A stretch of 64,000 nucleotides of DNA from Nitrosopumilaceae archaeon (GTDB lineage: Archaea; Thermoproteota; Nitrososphaeria; Nitrososphaerales; Nitrosopumilaceae): contig CBDCCK010000002.1 of NCBI GenBank assembly GCA_965214835.1, positions 1,696,001 through 1,760,000 on the forward strand, written 5' to 3'. Below are positions 30,186-39,759 of this stretch, one piece after another. The notes under the pieces are model-generated. The model was not told the DNA's origin, made no database searches, and worked only from the letters and a program-made list of their open reading frames with translations. Each line of letters opens with the position of its first letter. Position 1 is the stretch's first letter. A program made the translations under genes and the position numbers.

Positions 30186-30539
30186 TTGCCGTTTGGAGCC
30201 CACAGGCTGGTCCGATTCTTTACGGAGAAAAAGACAAACCTGCTGTATGTCATAATGCCGGCATACGGATCTTCAGTGCCACCGCTTTTGGATCTTTTTG
30301 GAAAGGTCAATCCCGTGCTGAACCCTGTCACACTGAACCCTGCAACCGTGGTTACGCTCATCCTTTTGGAATTGAGTAGGATATATGGAATATATGTTGA
30401 CTATCCTTTCGAATTCTTTTTGGTGATAGTGATCTCGAACCTGTTGTTCTGGGTTCCAATGGCCCGCTATGTCATGATTCCGTTGCTGAACAGGGTGTTT
30501 TATCCCAAACGCAAGGATGGTAGGTGGACTAGACCCTGA
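30186..30539 (+). CDS. Small membrane hypothetical protein
   Basis: Two to three hydrophobic segments and a basic tail; directly follows secreted gene B. Confidence 0.55.
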   Translation: MPFGAHRLVRFFTEKKTNLLYVIMPAYGSSVPPLLDLFGKVNPVLNPVTLNPATVVTLILLELSRIYGIYVDYPFEFFLVIVISNLLFWVPMARYVMIPLLNRVFYPKRKDGRWTRP

Positions 30540-30840
30540 TTTTCACATCCTGTGCGTGACTCAGACTCGAACCCTTCCTAGTTAAGACCCAATCCCAGAA
30601 CGGGCTTGTTGGGCAGCCTGTGCCTTATGGGTCTGTCAAATTCGACGGCACAAGAGTTTACCTAGCCAGCATTTGCACTGGTGACGGATGACGGTGTCAT
30701 GCCTGCCCACAACCTAAACACAAGGTACTGGCATCTGGTGCGGACCGACCTTGCACACTCGGAGAAGGGATGAACTGCTTTTTGGACTATACACGTTTCC
30801 ATTAGAAATTCAAAAATACGGGCGCCCTTGAAATATCGTT

Positions 30841-30941
30841 GCAGGGGTATCGAAGCCCGGTCAACCGAGGGGGACTCAAGATCCTAAAAATAGGAAATCC
30901 CCTCTCTTAGGAGTTCGTGGGTTCAAATCCCACCTCCTGCA
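30841..30941 (+). tRNA. tRNA-Leu(CAA) with a ~16-nt intron at position 37/38 (30881-30896)
   Basis: Acceptor stem GCAGGGG/CTCCTGC-A, anticodon stem GGGGA/TCCCC, CT-CAA-G, long variable arm, T-arm GTGGG-TTCAAAT-CCCAC. Confidence 0.92.
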
Positions 30942-31173
30942 TACTTGACCTTCAAAAGTAAATTTCTGCAACTGTGGCTTTTGCCATGATCGCACATGTT
31001 TTGCAATTTGTGTTGTTCCCTGCGAGGGATCTACTCATGTCCGTCCCCACTGGTCATTGTCTCCTAGGGCAGCCTCAAGATCCCCGGTTATCACGACGAG
31101 CATTCCATAGATCTTGCTCTGGGGACTCGTCTGGATCCTGAGGCTGATTTGTCAAATTCGGGAGACTTTGAAG

Positions 31174-31334
31174 ACTTTTGGCGCCTGAAGGCCCTGTTTT
31201 GACTACTTTGACTACTTTGACTACTTTGACTACTTTGACTACTTTTGGCGCCTGAAGGCCCTGTTTTGACTACTTTGACTACTTTGACTACTTTGACTAC
31301 TTTGACTACTTTTGGCGCCTGAAGGCCCTGTTTT
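31174..31334. repeat. Nested tandem repeat: 3 x ~26-bp TTTTGGCGCCTGAAGGCCCTGTTTT separated by 5 x 9-bp GACTACTTT
   Basis: Directly visible; period ~66-67 bp. Confidence 0.95.
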
Positions 31335-31415
31335 ATCTGAAGATTTGACAAGCCATCTAGCCATTCACATGACTTTTAATTATGGATCACTTCTCTGGCC
31401 GGCAGGCACGTAACC

Positions 31416-32613
31416 TCACACGTCGTTTTCTGAGCCTCGACCCCTTAAGAGATATTCTCTAAACAGCGGTATTGGAAACCGGTATGCCCCGCGTCTGGGC
31501 CTGTGGATGAGGCCCTTTTCTTCCAAGCGCCTCAGATGGCTTGACAGTGTACCCTTGACGATCTTCGATGATTTCTGAATCGAAGAGAGTGTGGTTTCTT
31601 CCTTCTGTAGGGATGCTATGGCATGCAATACGCGTATCTGACCATCGCTCAATGGCTCCACCCGGCGATCAAAGAAATCACGCCACACCTTCTTTTTTAT
31701 CAGATTTTTAACTGACCTGTAGTCATCCAGGTCTATGTCCTCCTTGCTGATGCGGCTTATGATCTCACTACAAAAAAACTGGATAAAGTACGGATACCCG
31801 TCCGTGTCCTGCACGATCGATGAGACCAGCTCATCGGAAAACCTCCAATTGGTCTTTTTGAGCGGCTCTAATATCGCTTTTCGGGCGCCGTCATCGCCGA
31901 GATTGCCTATGAGAAATGACGTGAACATCCTCTGAGTAGGAACGTGCGATCTTGATGTTCGCTGACAGGGCCGGGAGCCCGGACAAGACAAACGAGTACC
32001 TGCATCCCCTGGACTGCACCTCGTTTATTGCCCCGATAAAGTCTGTAAGCACATACCAGTCGTTCTGTTCCATGTCCTTGATGGCGTGGAACTCGTCTAA
32101 CAGAAACACCGCGCCCTGGTATCCTCCCTCCTCTATGGTGCTCCATTTCTGCAACAGGTACTCTGTAATCTGATCCTCCAAGGATGCCTTGGCGTTGAGG
32201 GCATATGATGGCTCGTACGAAACCACCCCCAACAATCCTACGTTTGCCGGCTTGATATAATCTGCAGCGGCGCGAATCCTCCTCTTGGCCTTCTCCGTCT
32301 TGGAAAACGTCCCAATTACCCTGTCCAGATCGTACTGGATGGATCTGAAGAATTCTTCTGGTTTGGAGTATTTTGTACTGTACTGCAGCCTCACTATGGG
32401 CAGGAAGTCCTCGTCTATGCACATCTGGACTAGCCTGTGCAGGAGTACGGTCTTTCCAACCCCGCGGAGGCCATACATGAGGATGTTTTCCATCCTTCCC
32501 ACCTTGAGGCCACGGAGCAGCTGCAGGAACCTGTCAACCTCCTCGTCCCTCCCTGCCATGTATGGCGGATACAGTCCTGCACCCGGCTTGAAGGGGTTGG
32601 TATGGTTAGACAT
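31416..32613 (-). pseudogene. P-loop AAA ATPase with C-terminal winged-helix domain, frameshifted near 31935
   Basis: NPFKPGAG..PPYMAGR, GLRGVGKT, LLDEFH; ARSYSE continues as RMFTSF...DGYPYFIQ...HLRRLEEKGLI in another frame. Confidence 0.85.
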
Positions 32614-33017
32614 TGCCTTATTGTGCTAGGAGTAACTGGGTATAAAACTGATGCAACGATCAGCAGTTCTGGGATCCAAAAAGCAGTTTGCCTCACTTGC
32701 CTGACATCATACCTCTCAACGAAGCGCAACCATGATTTGGATCAAACTCAGTCTTCCCAGTTCCCCGCAAAGCGGCTCCAAACTCGAAATTGTTCAAGCT
32801 AATTTGCCTGCAGATCCGCATATGGCCGCCTGCGCAGCTATGATACAGATGCGTCTGAGAGGACTGAAATCTGAGAAAAACACAAACCGGATCAACAGAT
32901 ACACGATCCCATGATTTTTGTTGTACAAGTACATCCAATGCTATCACTGGCACAGGTAAGAGATCAGCAAGAAGAATGCTTCGTAGAAAGGAAACAGTAG
33001 AGGCCAAAACAAGCCAT

Positions 33018-33096
33018 TAGACCTCGTGCGTAATCGGTACAGATCAAAAAATCAGGCAGCTTTTGCGTCGTTTTTGGCAATTACGCATAAGGTCTA
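33018..33096. mobile_element. 79-bp TA-flanked MITE, TAGACC family
   Basis: Ends TAGACCTCGTGCGTAAT / ATTACGCATAAGGTCTA; relatives at 40975-41054 and 36766-36812 (half copy). Confidence 0.8.
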
Positions 33097-33332
33097 TCTA
33101 CTAGTCTAGATTACATTTGAATTATTTTAGTTGCAACTAGCTTATCTTCTGTTTTATCATAAGTGTACTTGATGGCGTATGACGAGTTTTTTACTTTAAC
33201 TAACATGCTTAATTTTTTAATGTTAAGAAGTCTAGTTGCTGATATAAACGCCTTTTCTGCCGAAATAAAATTACCCAAAATTATCTTGGCTTTTCTCTCT
33301 CCTACTAGAATTAATTGATCATTAAAAAGTTT

Positions 33333-34967
33333 GTATGAGGTCACCTACCCCTCACAATAGGGTAAACATTACTGACGGTGCTGATCCTTATACTATGATC
33401 GCGTAGACTAGGCATTGTGAAAGGTCAGCTCTCCGCATGCTACGAGATCGAGGCATCTACAGCATCGCCCACGGAGACGATAAGGAATCTAAAAAAGGAC
33501 CTCAAGGAGCGTGACAATATCATTGAGGAGCAGGGCAGGACCATTGAAAGGCTAAACAAGACACTTGAAAAGCGCGACAAGACCATCAGGGAGCAGGACA
33601 ACCGGCTCCGGTACTACGAGAACGAGAACTCGCCCCCGTCGGCAGACTCGCTGGAGTGGAAGAGGCAAAAGGCGCAGAGGAGAAAGGAGAGGGCCCGGCC
33701 CGATGCTGCAGCCGGGGAGGACGGCACCGGGGAGGACAGAAAAAAGCCCGGCGGCCAGAAGGGCCACAAGGGCGTATCGCGCACCCACCGGCCCACCAGG
33801 GTACAGAAACACTGCTTTCCGGGTGGACGGGCGCCGGAGTGCAAGTGCGGCACCACCACAGAGATCATGAAAAAGCCGCAGGTGCGCGACATGATAGGAT
33901 TCAAGATAAAGTACACCGAGACGCGCCACGAGACACAGAGGGCAGTGTGCCCGAAATGCGGCACCATGCATACGGCCCCCGACGGCCTGCCCCGATGCGG
34001 CAGCTATGACACGAGCGTGGTCACAGCCGTCACAAAGCTGCGCAGCGAGGGCGTCCCACACAACAGGATCCCGGGTATAATGTCAGATATCCTGGGCGTG
34101 CACATGTCAAAGTCAACTGCAATCAACAGCATAGGACGCGTCTGCGACGCCGCAAAGGCGCCTGCCGAGGCCATCGCAGAGGAGGTAAGAAGCTCAAAGA
34201 CGGTCTGCATAGACGAGACGGGGATCAACCTGGCAGGCAGGCTGGGATGGGCGTGGGCCATGCTGTCGGCGGTGGGCGTGTTCATGATATATGCAGACAC
34301 CAGGAGCGCCCGGATCCTGGACCAGTACATGGGCGGGTACGGGGGCGTCGTCACATCGGACGGATATCCCGCATACAAGAGGTTCGGGCTGCTGGGAAGG
34401 CTCCAGCGGTGCTGGGCGCACGAGCTGCGGTTCCTCCTGTATGGCTCGCAGAAAAAGGGCGCCCTGCTGTTTGCAGGAGTCCTGTACCGGCAGATGCAGC
34501 AGCTGTTCAAGGATGCCAGGGAGTGTCTTGAGGGCTGGGACAAGCTGTCCGGGGAGGATCTCCGGGAGCTCGAGGAGAGGACGGGGATAAGCAGTGCCGA
34601 CGGACTGATGGGGCGGCACTCGCCGGAGCTGCGCCGGCGGTTTGAGACCAACATGCAGAACATGCTGTTCGGATACGTTGGTGCGTGGGGCGGCCCGCTG
34701 GAGCCCCTCCTCAAGAGGATGCACAGGGCCCTGCCGTGCATGTTTGCGTTTCTGGAATACGAGGGTGTCGAGCCGACCAACAATGGTGCAGAGCGGGCGC
34801 TGCGCCCCGTCGTACTTCAATTCAAGATAAGCGGCCAGATCAAGGGAGGCCTGGTCTGGACGGAAAGGCATGGATGGCTCAATACATGCGTGTCGACATG
34901 GAAGCTGCAGGGCAAGTCCATCATGGATGAGGTGGCCAAAATAATCTAGGGGTAGGTGACCACATAC
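33333..34967 (+). mobile_element. IS66-family insertion sequence (single ORF, ISBst12-like), apparently intact
   Basis: 20-bp TIRs GTATG(A/T)GGTCACCTACCCCT; 8-bp TSD AAAAGTTT on both sides. Confidence 0.95.
33417..34949 (+). CDS. IS66 transposase
   Basis: NSPPS, KPGGQKGHKG, zinc finger, IDETG, SDGYPAY, QRCWAH, PTNNGAERALR. Confidence 0.95.
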   Translation: MKGQLSACYEIEASTASPTETIRNLKKDLKERDNIIEEQGRTIERLNKTLEKRDKTIREQDNRLRYYENENSPPSADSLEWKRQKAQRRKERARPDAAAGEDGTGEDRKKPGGQKGHKGVSRTHRPTRVQKHCFPGGRAPECKCGTTTEIMKKPQVRDMIGFKIKYTETRHETQRAVCPKCGTMHTAPDGLPRCGSYDTSVVTAVTKLRSEGVPHNRIPGIMSDILGVHMSKSTAINSIGRVCDAAKAPAEAIAEEVRSSKTVCIDETGINLAGRLGWAWAMLSAVGVFMIYADTRSARILDQYMGGYGGVVTSDGYPAYKRFGLLGRLQRCWAHELRFLLYGSQKKGALLFAGVLYRQMQQLFKDARECLEGWDKLSGEDLRELEERTGISSADGLMGRHSPELRRRFETNMQNMLFGYVGAWGGPLEPLLKRMHRALPCMFAFLEYEGVEPTNNGAERALRPVVLQFKISGQIKGGLVWTERHGWLNTCVSTWKLQGKSIMDEVAKII

Positions 34968-35476
34968 AAAAGTTTAGTTGGTGAGATGTGCTTCATCCAA
35001 AAAGTTCTTTAGATATCTCTTTTATAGCTTTCTTTGCGTTGGGATATGAACAAGCTATGACATCTTCGCCTTTTTGAAATTTATCGGTTTTTAGTATTGC
35101 TGCCATTTCAATCACCTTTTGTTATCAATATGGTATTATAAGATTGTAACTGATCAGGTTCTGGAAGCCTTTCCTGATTTTAGGCACAAAAGATTAGCTA
35201 TTTTTACGCGCTCAGGTACGTGATGCAGCAAGCTACGTAATCGACAGGATCGAAATATTCCGACGGCGGGCCGGCTGCACATGAAGGCTGACGGCATCAC
35301 ACGACGTGCACAAGGGCGGCAGAGTCCGCGTACCGTGCAGCTACAAGCCTGTCTGGCTGGCAAAAACTGCAATGTCATGCGGCATCGTGTGGCGCTGGCT
35401 CTGCTGCACTGTCTCTTGTAGCCGGAGTGCCGGGGACACCACCGCTAACTTCGTTTACGTATAAGGCTTGGTTTTC

Positions 35477-35655
35477 TCATAGATTTTTGTAATAATTCTC
35501 AATTTTCTTTGCCATCAATGCACGTCTCTGTTCAAGAAATTCGTGGTAATCATCCAAGGACATTGTAAAAACAGACTCTGGAATGCAGTTTTGCTTCATG
35601 TTTTCTTTAAGTGAATCAAGACTGGTAATTCCCCCATAAGTTAATTTTCCGTTAT
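35477..35655 (-). pseudogene. C-terminal fragment resembling a DUF262/GmrSD-type protein, cut by IS630
   Basis: Hand translation: NGKLTYGGITSLDSLKENMKQNCIPESVFTMSLDDYHEFLEQRRALMAKKIENYYKNL*. Confidence 0.6.
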
Positions 35656-36765
35656 TATAGCAACGAGCATAAGTCTTTGAGCCAAAACAAGGTCATTCGA
35701 AAGGTATAATGATCACGTAACTGGCGCAGTATGTATGACAAAAGAAACAGACATTCTGTCAGAGGCCATGCGCAAAGAAAAGGATGTCAAAGTCTACAAG
35801 AAGATCATGGCGCTGATGTTTGTGCTAGAAGACGACATGGGCGTACCCGAGACTGCAAGAAAGATCCGGTGCAGTGAGAATTCCGTGCGCAACTGGCTGG
35901 CGAGGTTTTCGGAGGGCGGCATAGACGGTCTCCGGGATCTTCCCCGTTCCGGATGCAGACCAAAGGTGGACAGAGAAAGTATTGCAGCCATAATGGATCT
36001 GTCCACTGCATGCAAAAGTACCGATGTCATGACGGTACGCGATGACATAAGGAATGCCACCGGGATAGAATACAGCATAGAGCATGTCCGAAGACTGATG
36101 TGCCAGCACGGCCTGTCGCGCCGCAAGGTGCAAAACATACATGTCAACCATGCCACCCCAAGCTCGGTATACTCGTGGCAGCGATACCTTGAAAACGTGC
36201 GGATTCCGTGCCTGAAAAACGACGGTTTTACGCTGGTGTCATCTGATGAGGCGTTCTTCGTGCAGGGCGCATACGACAGATACGTGTGGGGTCCGGTCGG
36301 CACCAGAAGCGTGGCATCGTATTCGGGGGACCACACAAAGGTGGCCGTGTTTGGAAGCATCGCAGAAGACGGCAGAAGGCTATTCAGGACGTTTACGGGA
36401 TCGTTTACGTCGGTGCAGTTCATAGAATGTCTGGAGGCGCTGCGCATCAAGTTTGGCAAGGTTGCAGTCTTTTGCGATAGGTGGAGTGTGCACAGATCTA
36501 CTGATGTCGCAGAATATCTGGCGGGCCATCCCGACGTCAGACTGATAATGATTCCGAAAGGATCGCCGTACCTCAATATCGTGGAAGAATGCTGGAACCT
36601 GGGCAAACATTTTGTTTTCAGGGGGATAGTGTACAGAAGGATCAGCGAGCTGCGGCACACCATATCCGAATATTATAGGACGGTGTCATTTGCCCACCTT
36701 TGCATGTACAAGTACATTTACAGATCGCCGGTCAAAGCCCTCAATTACTTGTGACCGTTGCTATA
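35656..36765 (+). mobile_element. IS630-family insertion sequence, apparently intact
   Basis: Ends TATAGCAACG... / ...CGTTGCTATA with a TA duplication; single transposase ORF. Confidence 0.93.
35735..36754 (+). CDS. IS630 transposase
   Basis: HTH NWLARF..GG..GLRDLPRSG; DDE-like SSDEA, FCDRW..H, SPYLNIVEECW. Confidence 0.92.
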   Translation: MTKETDILSEAMRKEKDVKVYKKIMALMFVLEDDMGVPETARKIRCSENSVRNWLARFSEGGIDGLRDLPRSGCRPKVDRESIAAIMDLSTACKSTDVMTVRDDIRNATGIEYSIEHVRRLMCQHGLSRRKVQNIHVNHATPSSVYSWQRYLENVRIPCLKNDGFTLVSSDEAFFVQGAYDRYVWGPVGTRSVASYSGDHTKVAVFGSIAEDGRRLFRTFTGSFTSVQFIECLEALRIKFGKVAVFCDRWSVHRSTDVAEYLAGHPDVRLIMIPKGSPYLNIVEECWNLGKHFVFRGIVYRRISELRHTISEYYRTVSFAHLCMYKYIYRSPVKALNYL

Positions 36766-36938
36766 AAAGCTGCCTGGTTTTTTTGATCTGCACCGATTAC
36801 GCACAAGGTCTAATGAAGGAAGATGAACAGGTTCTCAAATTTGATGCAGAATTCGGCACAACAAGATCTAAGACAAATTGAAAACAAGGTGACGCAAGAT
36901 GCGGTTCTGCGTGCGATGATTGGGACATATTGAGAAAA

Positions 36939-37855
36939 TCAGCGTAAATTCATAATGTTGTTTTCGGTTACAAATTTCTTTAATTTTGGCTCCACTTGCA
37001 TGAATGCCTCTACCACGCCTTCGAATGTCTTTCTCTTTAGAACGCAGTCGGGGCTTATCCTCTCTTTTATGGATTCAGGAGCATTTGCCACCACGTATCC
37101 AAACCGCACTAATTTTAGCATGGAAATGTCAATCTCGCTGTCGCCTATGGCCATGGTGTTTTGGAACTTTATGCCACTCTGATACATGAAAGACGTCAGT
37201 GCATATCCCTTGTTGACTCCAGCCTTGTGCATATGCAAGAATCGCTTGCTTGCTTGAACCTCCACGTCTAGATGTTCGTTTGTGATTATCTTTCTAATCT
37301 TTTCCAACAAACGTTCTGGAACCAGATCAACAATCACCTCGGTTTCACTTGATACGCCTGCTTTTTTGAATGATTTTCTTTGATCCCTGTTTAGTTTTGC
37401 CCTTATCTGCCTGTATGCCTTTTCACAGGCATCTTTATCCCCTAATTTCTCTTTGATTTTGCATTTGTGTATGATTAATCCCCCGTTTTCTGCTATTGCG
37501 CGGTGCTGCGTTTTACACATGCCAATGACATCTACTACCTTCTCCTGTGGCCTGCCGGAAATTAAAAAGATCTTGTGGCCCAGCCGCTTCATCTCTTTAA
37601 ACACGGGCTCACACCTGGTGTCGGGAAGATCTGATCTTTCGTCAGTTATCGTACTGTCAATGTCAAGAAAGCAGGAGAACTTCTTCCTCCCATCTGTTTT
37701 CTGCGCTTGCGAACAATTTTATTTTTTCTAATTAGGCCGGATCTGTGATATGCTTTTTTGTCTATTACCAAATCTGTGACTATTCCGTCTTTTACAACAA
37801 GTTGTTTTAGGAATGGAGAACCAACTATGTCATGGAGTGTGTGAGGCATGGACAA
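36939..37855 (-). pseudogene. HAD (Cof/phosphoglycolate phosphatase-like) hydrolase, frameshifted near 37690-37730
   Basis: Motif I FLDIDST, ISGR, AENG, GVNKG and IGDSEID are in one frame, but no start codon precedes motif I in that frame; ORF 37646-37855 overlaps in another frame. Confidence 0.75.
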
Positions 37856-37873
37856 TTTGTTATGAAAGGCAGC

Positions 37874-38155
37874 TTACTCTGCCCCTACAACCGTAGCAAT
37901 CTTTGATACGTGCAGTGATTTGTTTTTGGCTTTTAGGTTCCTGACCGCACGTTTTATCTTTTCAAGTCCGTGCTCCGTGGTGACTATGGTTCCACCAACG
38001 CAGTACTTTATGCCCTGAATTTCTTCGTCAGTCAGATAGGCCTCTGTTACGTCGTCTACTTTGATTAGCGCATCGCGTAGTAAGGTGCATGTTGCGTGAT
38101 CCTCAGAGCATCTTAGAAGCACCGTCGCATCCAATAATTTTTCCTTGCCGCTCAT
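37874..38155 (-). CDS. Small protein, Lrp/AsnC ligand-binding-domain-like
   Basis: ATVLLRC...V.EAY......Y......T.......K..VR pattern typical of RAM domains. Confidence 0.5.
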   Translation of the reverse strand: MSGKEKLLDATVLLRCSEDHATCTLLRDALIKVDDVTEAYLTDEEIQGIKYCVGGTIVTTEHGLEKIKRAVRNLKAKNKSLHVSKIATVVGAE

Positions 38156-38397
38156 TTTGCATCTTCCCCTGAAGAGATATCAAATTGACTTTTCTGCATC
38201 AAGTACGTTTTTCTCCCGTAATTCATACGTGTATTGTTACAAGGAGGTAATAAGAAAGTGTTTTCCCAGATTACGCATTTTGATCTTTGGGACTTTGTGT
38301 TATAACTAGAAGTTGAAACACGTGTTGCCGTCTTCCCACGTTGTGCCACCAATACGAAGGCATTGTTCCCGTATATAAAACCGATGTAATAGACTTT

Positions 38398-38506
38398 CAG
38401 GTCGGGCTCTGGAAGCTGCTCCTGATTTTAGGCACGAGTCTACACGGGAGGCCCTCCCCGAGATGGCAAAATTCGCGCCTGAACTTCCAGAGCCCGGCCT
38501 GTTACC
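38398..38506. mobile_element. GGTAACAG-family MITE (copy B)
   Basis: High identity to 6657-6768. Confidence 0.8.
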
Positions 38507-38769
38507 TTCACAGATGTAACCCGACTCGTGGCGGTGCAGACGGTGATGTGTGGATCTGCAGGTGGCCCAGCTTGAATTGCTTCGAATCTGGAGCTGTTTT
38601 GTGTGGTACTTTTGGAAAGACTGCCCGTATAACATAATTTATATTTCCAGCATTTTTCTATACAACAATCCAATGACTATCACTAAAACCAAGGAAAACC
38701 TCCCCGCGCAACCACAATCCCGCTCTGGGCACCGCCTTCAGTCAGCCGAGTCCCGCCGAGGGCACGTGC

Positions 38770-38892
38770 CTATGCAACTATGGCCTTTACCTTAGTTACA
38801 GCGTGCTTGGAGATTTCCTGATGCATTTTTGCGTACCCCTCCTCCCTGAACGAGAGGTTGCATCTAAAACACTTCCAAACTGTGTCTGCCAC
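38770..38892 (-). CDS. Small C2H2 zinc-finger protein
   Basis: WKCFRCNLSF...AKMHQEISKH; GTG start at 38892. Confidence 0.7.
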   Translation of the reverse strand: MADTVWKCFRCNLSFREEGYAKMHQEISKHAVTKVKAIVA

Positions 38893-39138
38893 GCATAGAA
38901 TAGGCCATTTTTGAATATAAAGATATTGCACGATTGATCTTTTTTCTTCAATTACATGATCAGCCCCCAAAAAAATATGCAATTTTTTCAACTATGCATG
39001 ACCTTTCATGAAAATTTTCGGGGCTAGGATGCCAACGATGATTTAGGGCACTGTCATGTGGCAAGCTGGAACGGCTTTATGGTGCCATCTAGCAGGATGC
39101 CAACAATGATTTAGAGCGCTGCTGTGTGGAAAACAGTG

Positions 39139-39759
39139 ATGGCGGATTTTTTTGAGACGTTTGCAGAGCACTCGTATCTTGGAATCTTTCTTGCACTAGT
39201 CGGCATAAACGCGGCACCACTTCTGATGCCGCCGTCCTGGATTGTCTTGGCGTCATTTCATGCGATGGATCCCGCACTCGATCCGGCAGTCCTTGCAGTG
39301 GTCGGGGCAACAGGAGCCACGGCGGGGCGCTTTGTCCTAAAGCACATCAGCGGGGTCTTCCGAAGGTTTGCAGGCCGGGAGCAAAGGGCCAACCTTGATA
39401 CAATTGGAGGCTTTTTGAACAAAAAGCGCTACGGCTACATACTGGCATCCTTTCTCTTTGCCGCAACCCCGCTTCCCAGCAACATGCTGTTTGTGGCATA
39501 CGGACTGATGGGGGCCAAAAGCGTAGGGCTGTATGCCGGCTTTTGGCTTGGCAGGGTCCTGTCCTACTATGTGATGCTTTCAGTCAGCAGCATTGTGCTG
39601 GCCCCGTTCCTGCAGTTGTTCGAGGATCGATACGTGGGCATTCTTGTCGCCGACGGCATAGGAATCGGCGCGGTGGTCTTTTTTGCATCCATCAACTGGG
39701 GGGTGTTGATTACGGAGAGAAAGCTCAGGTTTGTAAGGCCAAGACTGTGGAGGTTCTGA
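39139..39759 (+). CDS. DedA/VTT-like membrane protein
   Basis: Multiple TM segments, GATGATAGR, FAATPLPS. Confidence 0.75.
   Translation: MADFFETFAEHSYLGIFLALVGINAAPLLMPPSWIVLASFHAMDPALDPAVLAVVGATGATAGRFVLKHISGVFRRFAGREQRANLDTIGGFLNKKRYGYILASFLFAATPLPSNMLFVAYGLMGAKSVGLYAGFWLGRVLSYYVMLSVSSIVLAPFLQLFEDRYVGILVADGIGIGAVVFFASINWGVLITERKLRFVRPRLWRF

Larger units (their letters stand above)
33111..34996 (-). pseudogene. Small AT-rich ORF interrupted by IS66
   Basis: Removing the IS and one TSD restores MKHISPT|KLFNDQLILVGERK...TKIIQM. Confidence 0.6.

Noticed and set aside
30545-30775. Coding-like fragment upstream of tRNA-Leu
   Set aside because: Interrupted by stops and not assignable to a family by eye.
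31174-31334. CRISPR array
   Set aside because: The spacers are identical 9-bp microsatellites and no cas genes are present.
31091-31351. ORF with KVV/SQS repeats
   Set aside because: It is open only because the 9-bp repeat lacks stops, and the repeat changes frame internally.
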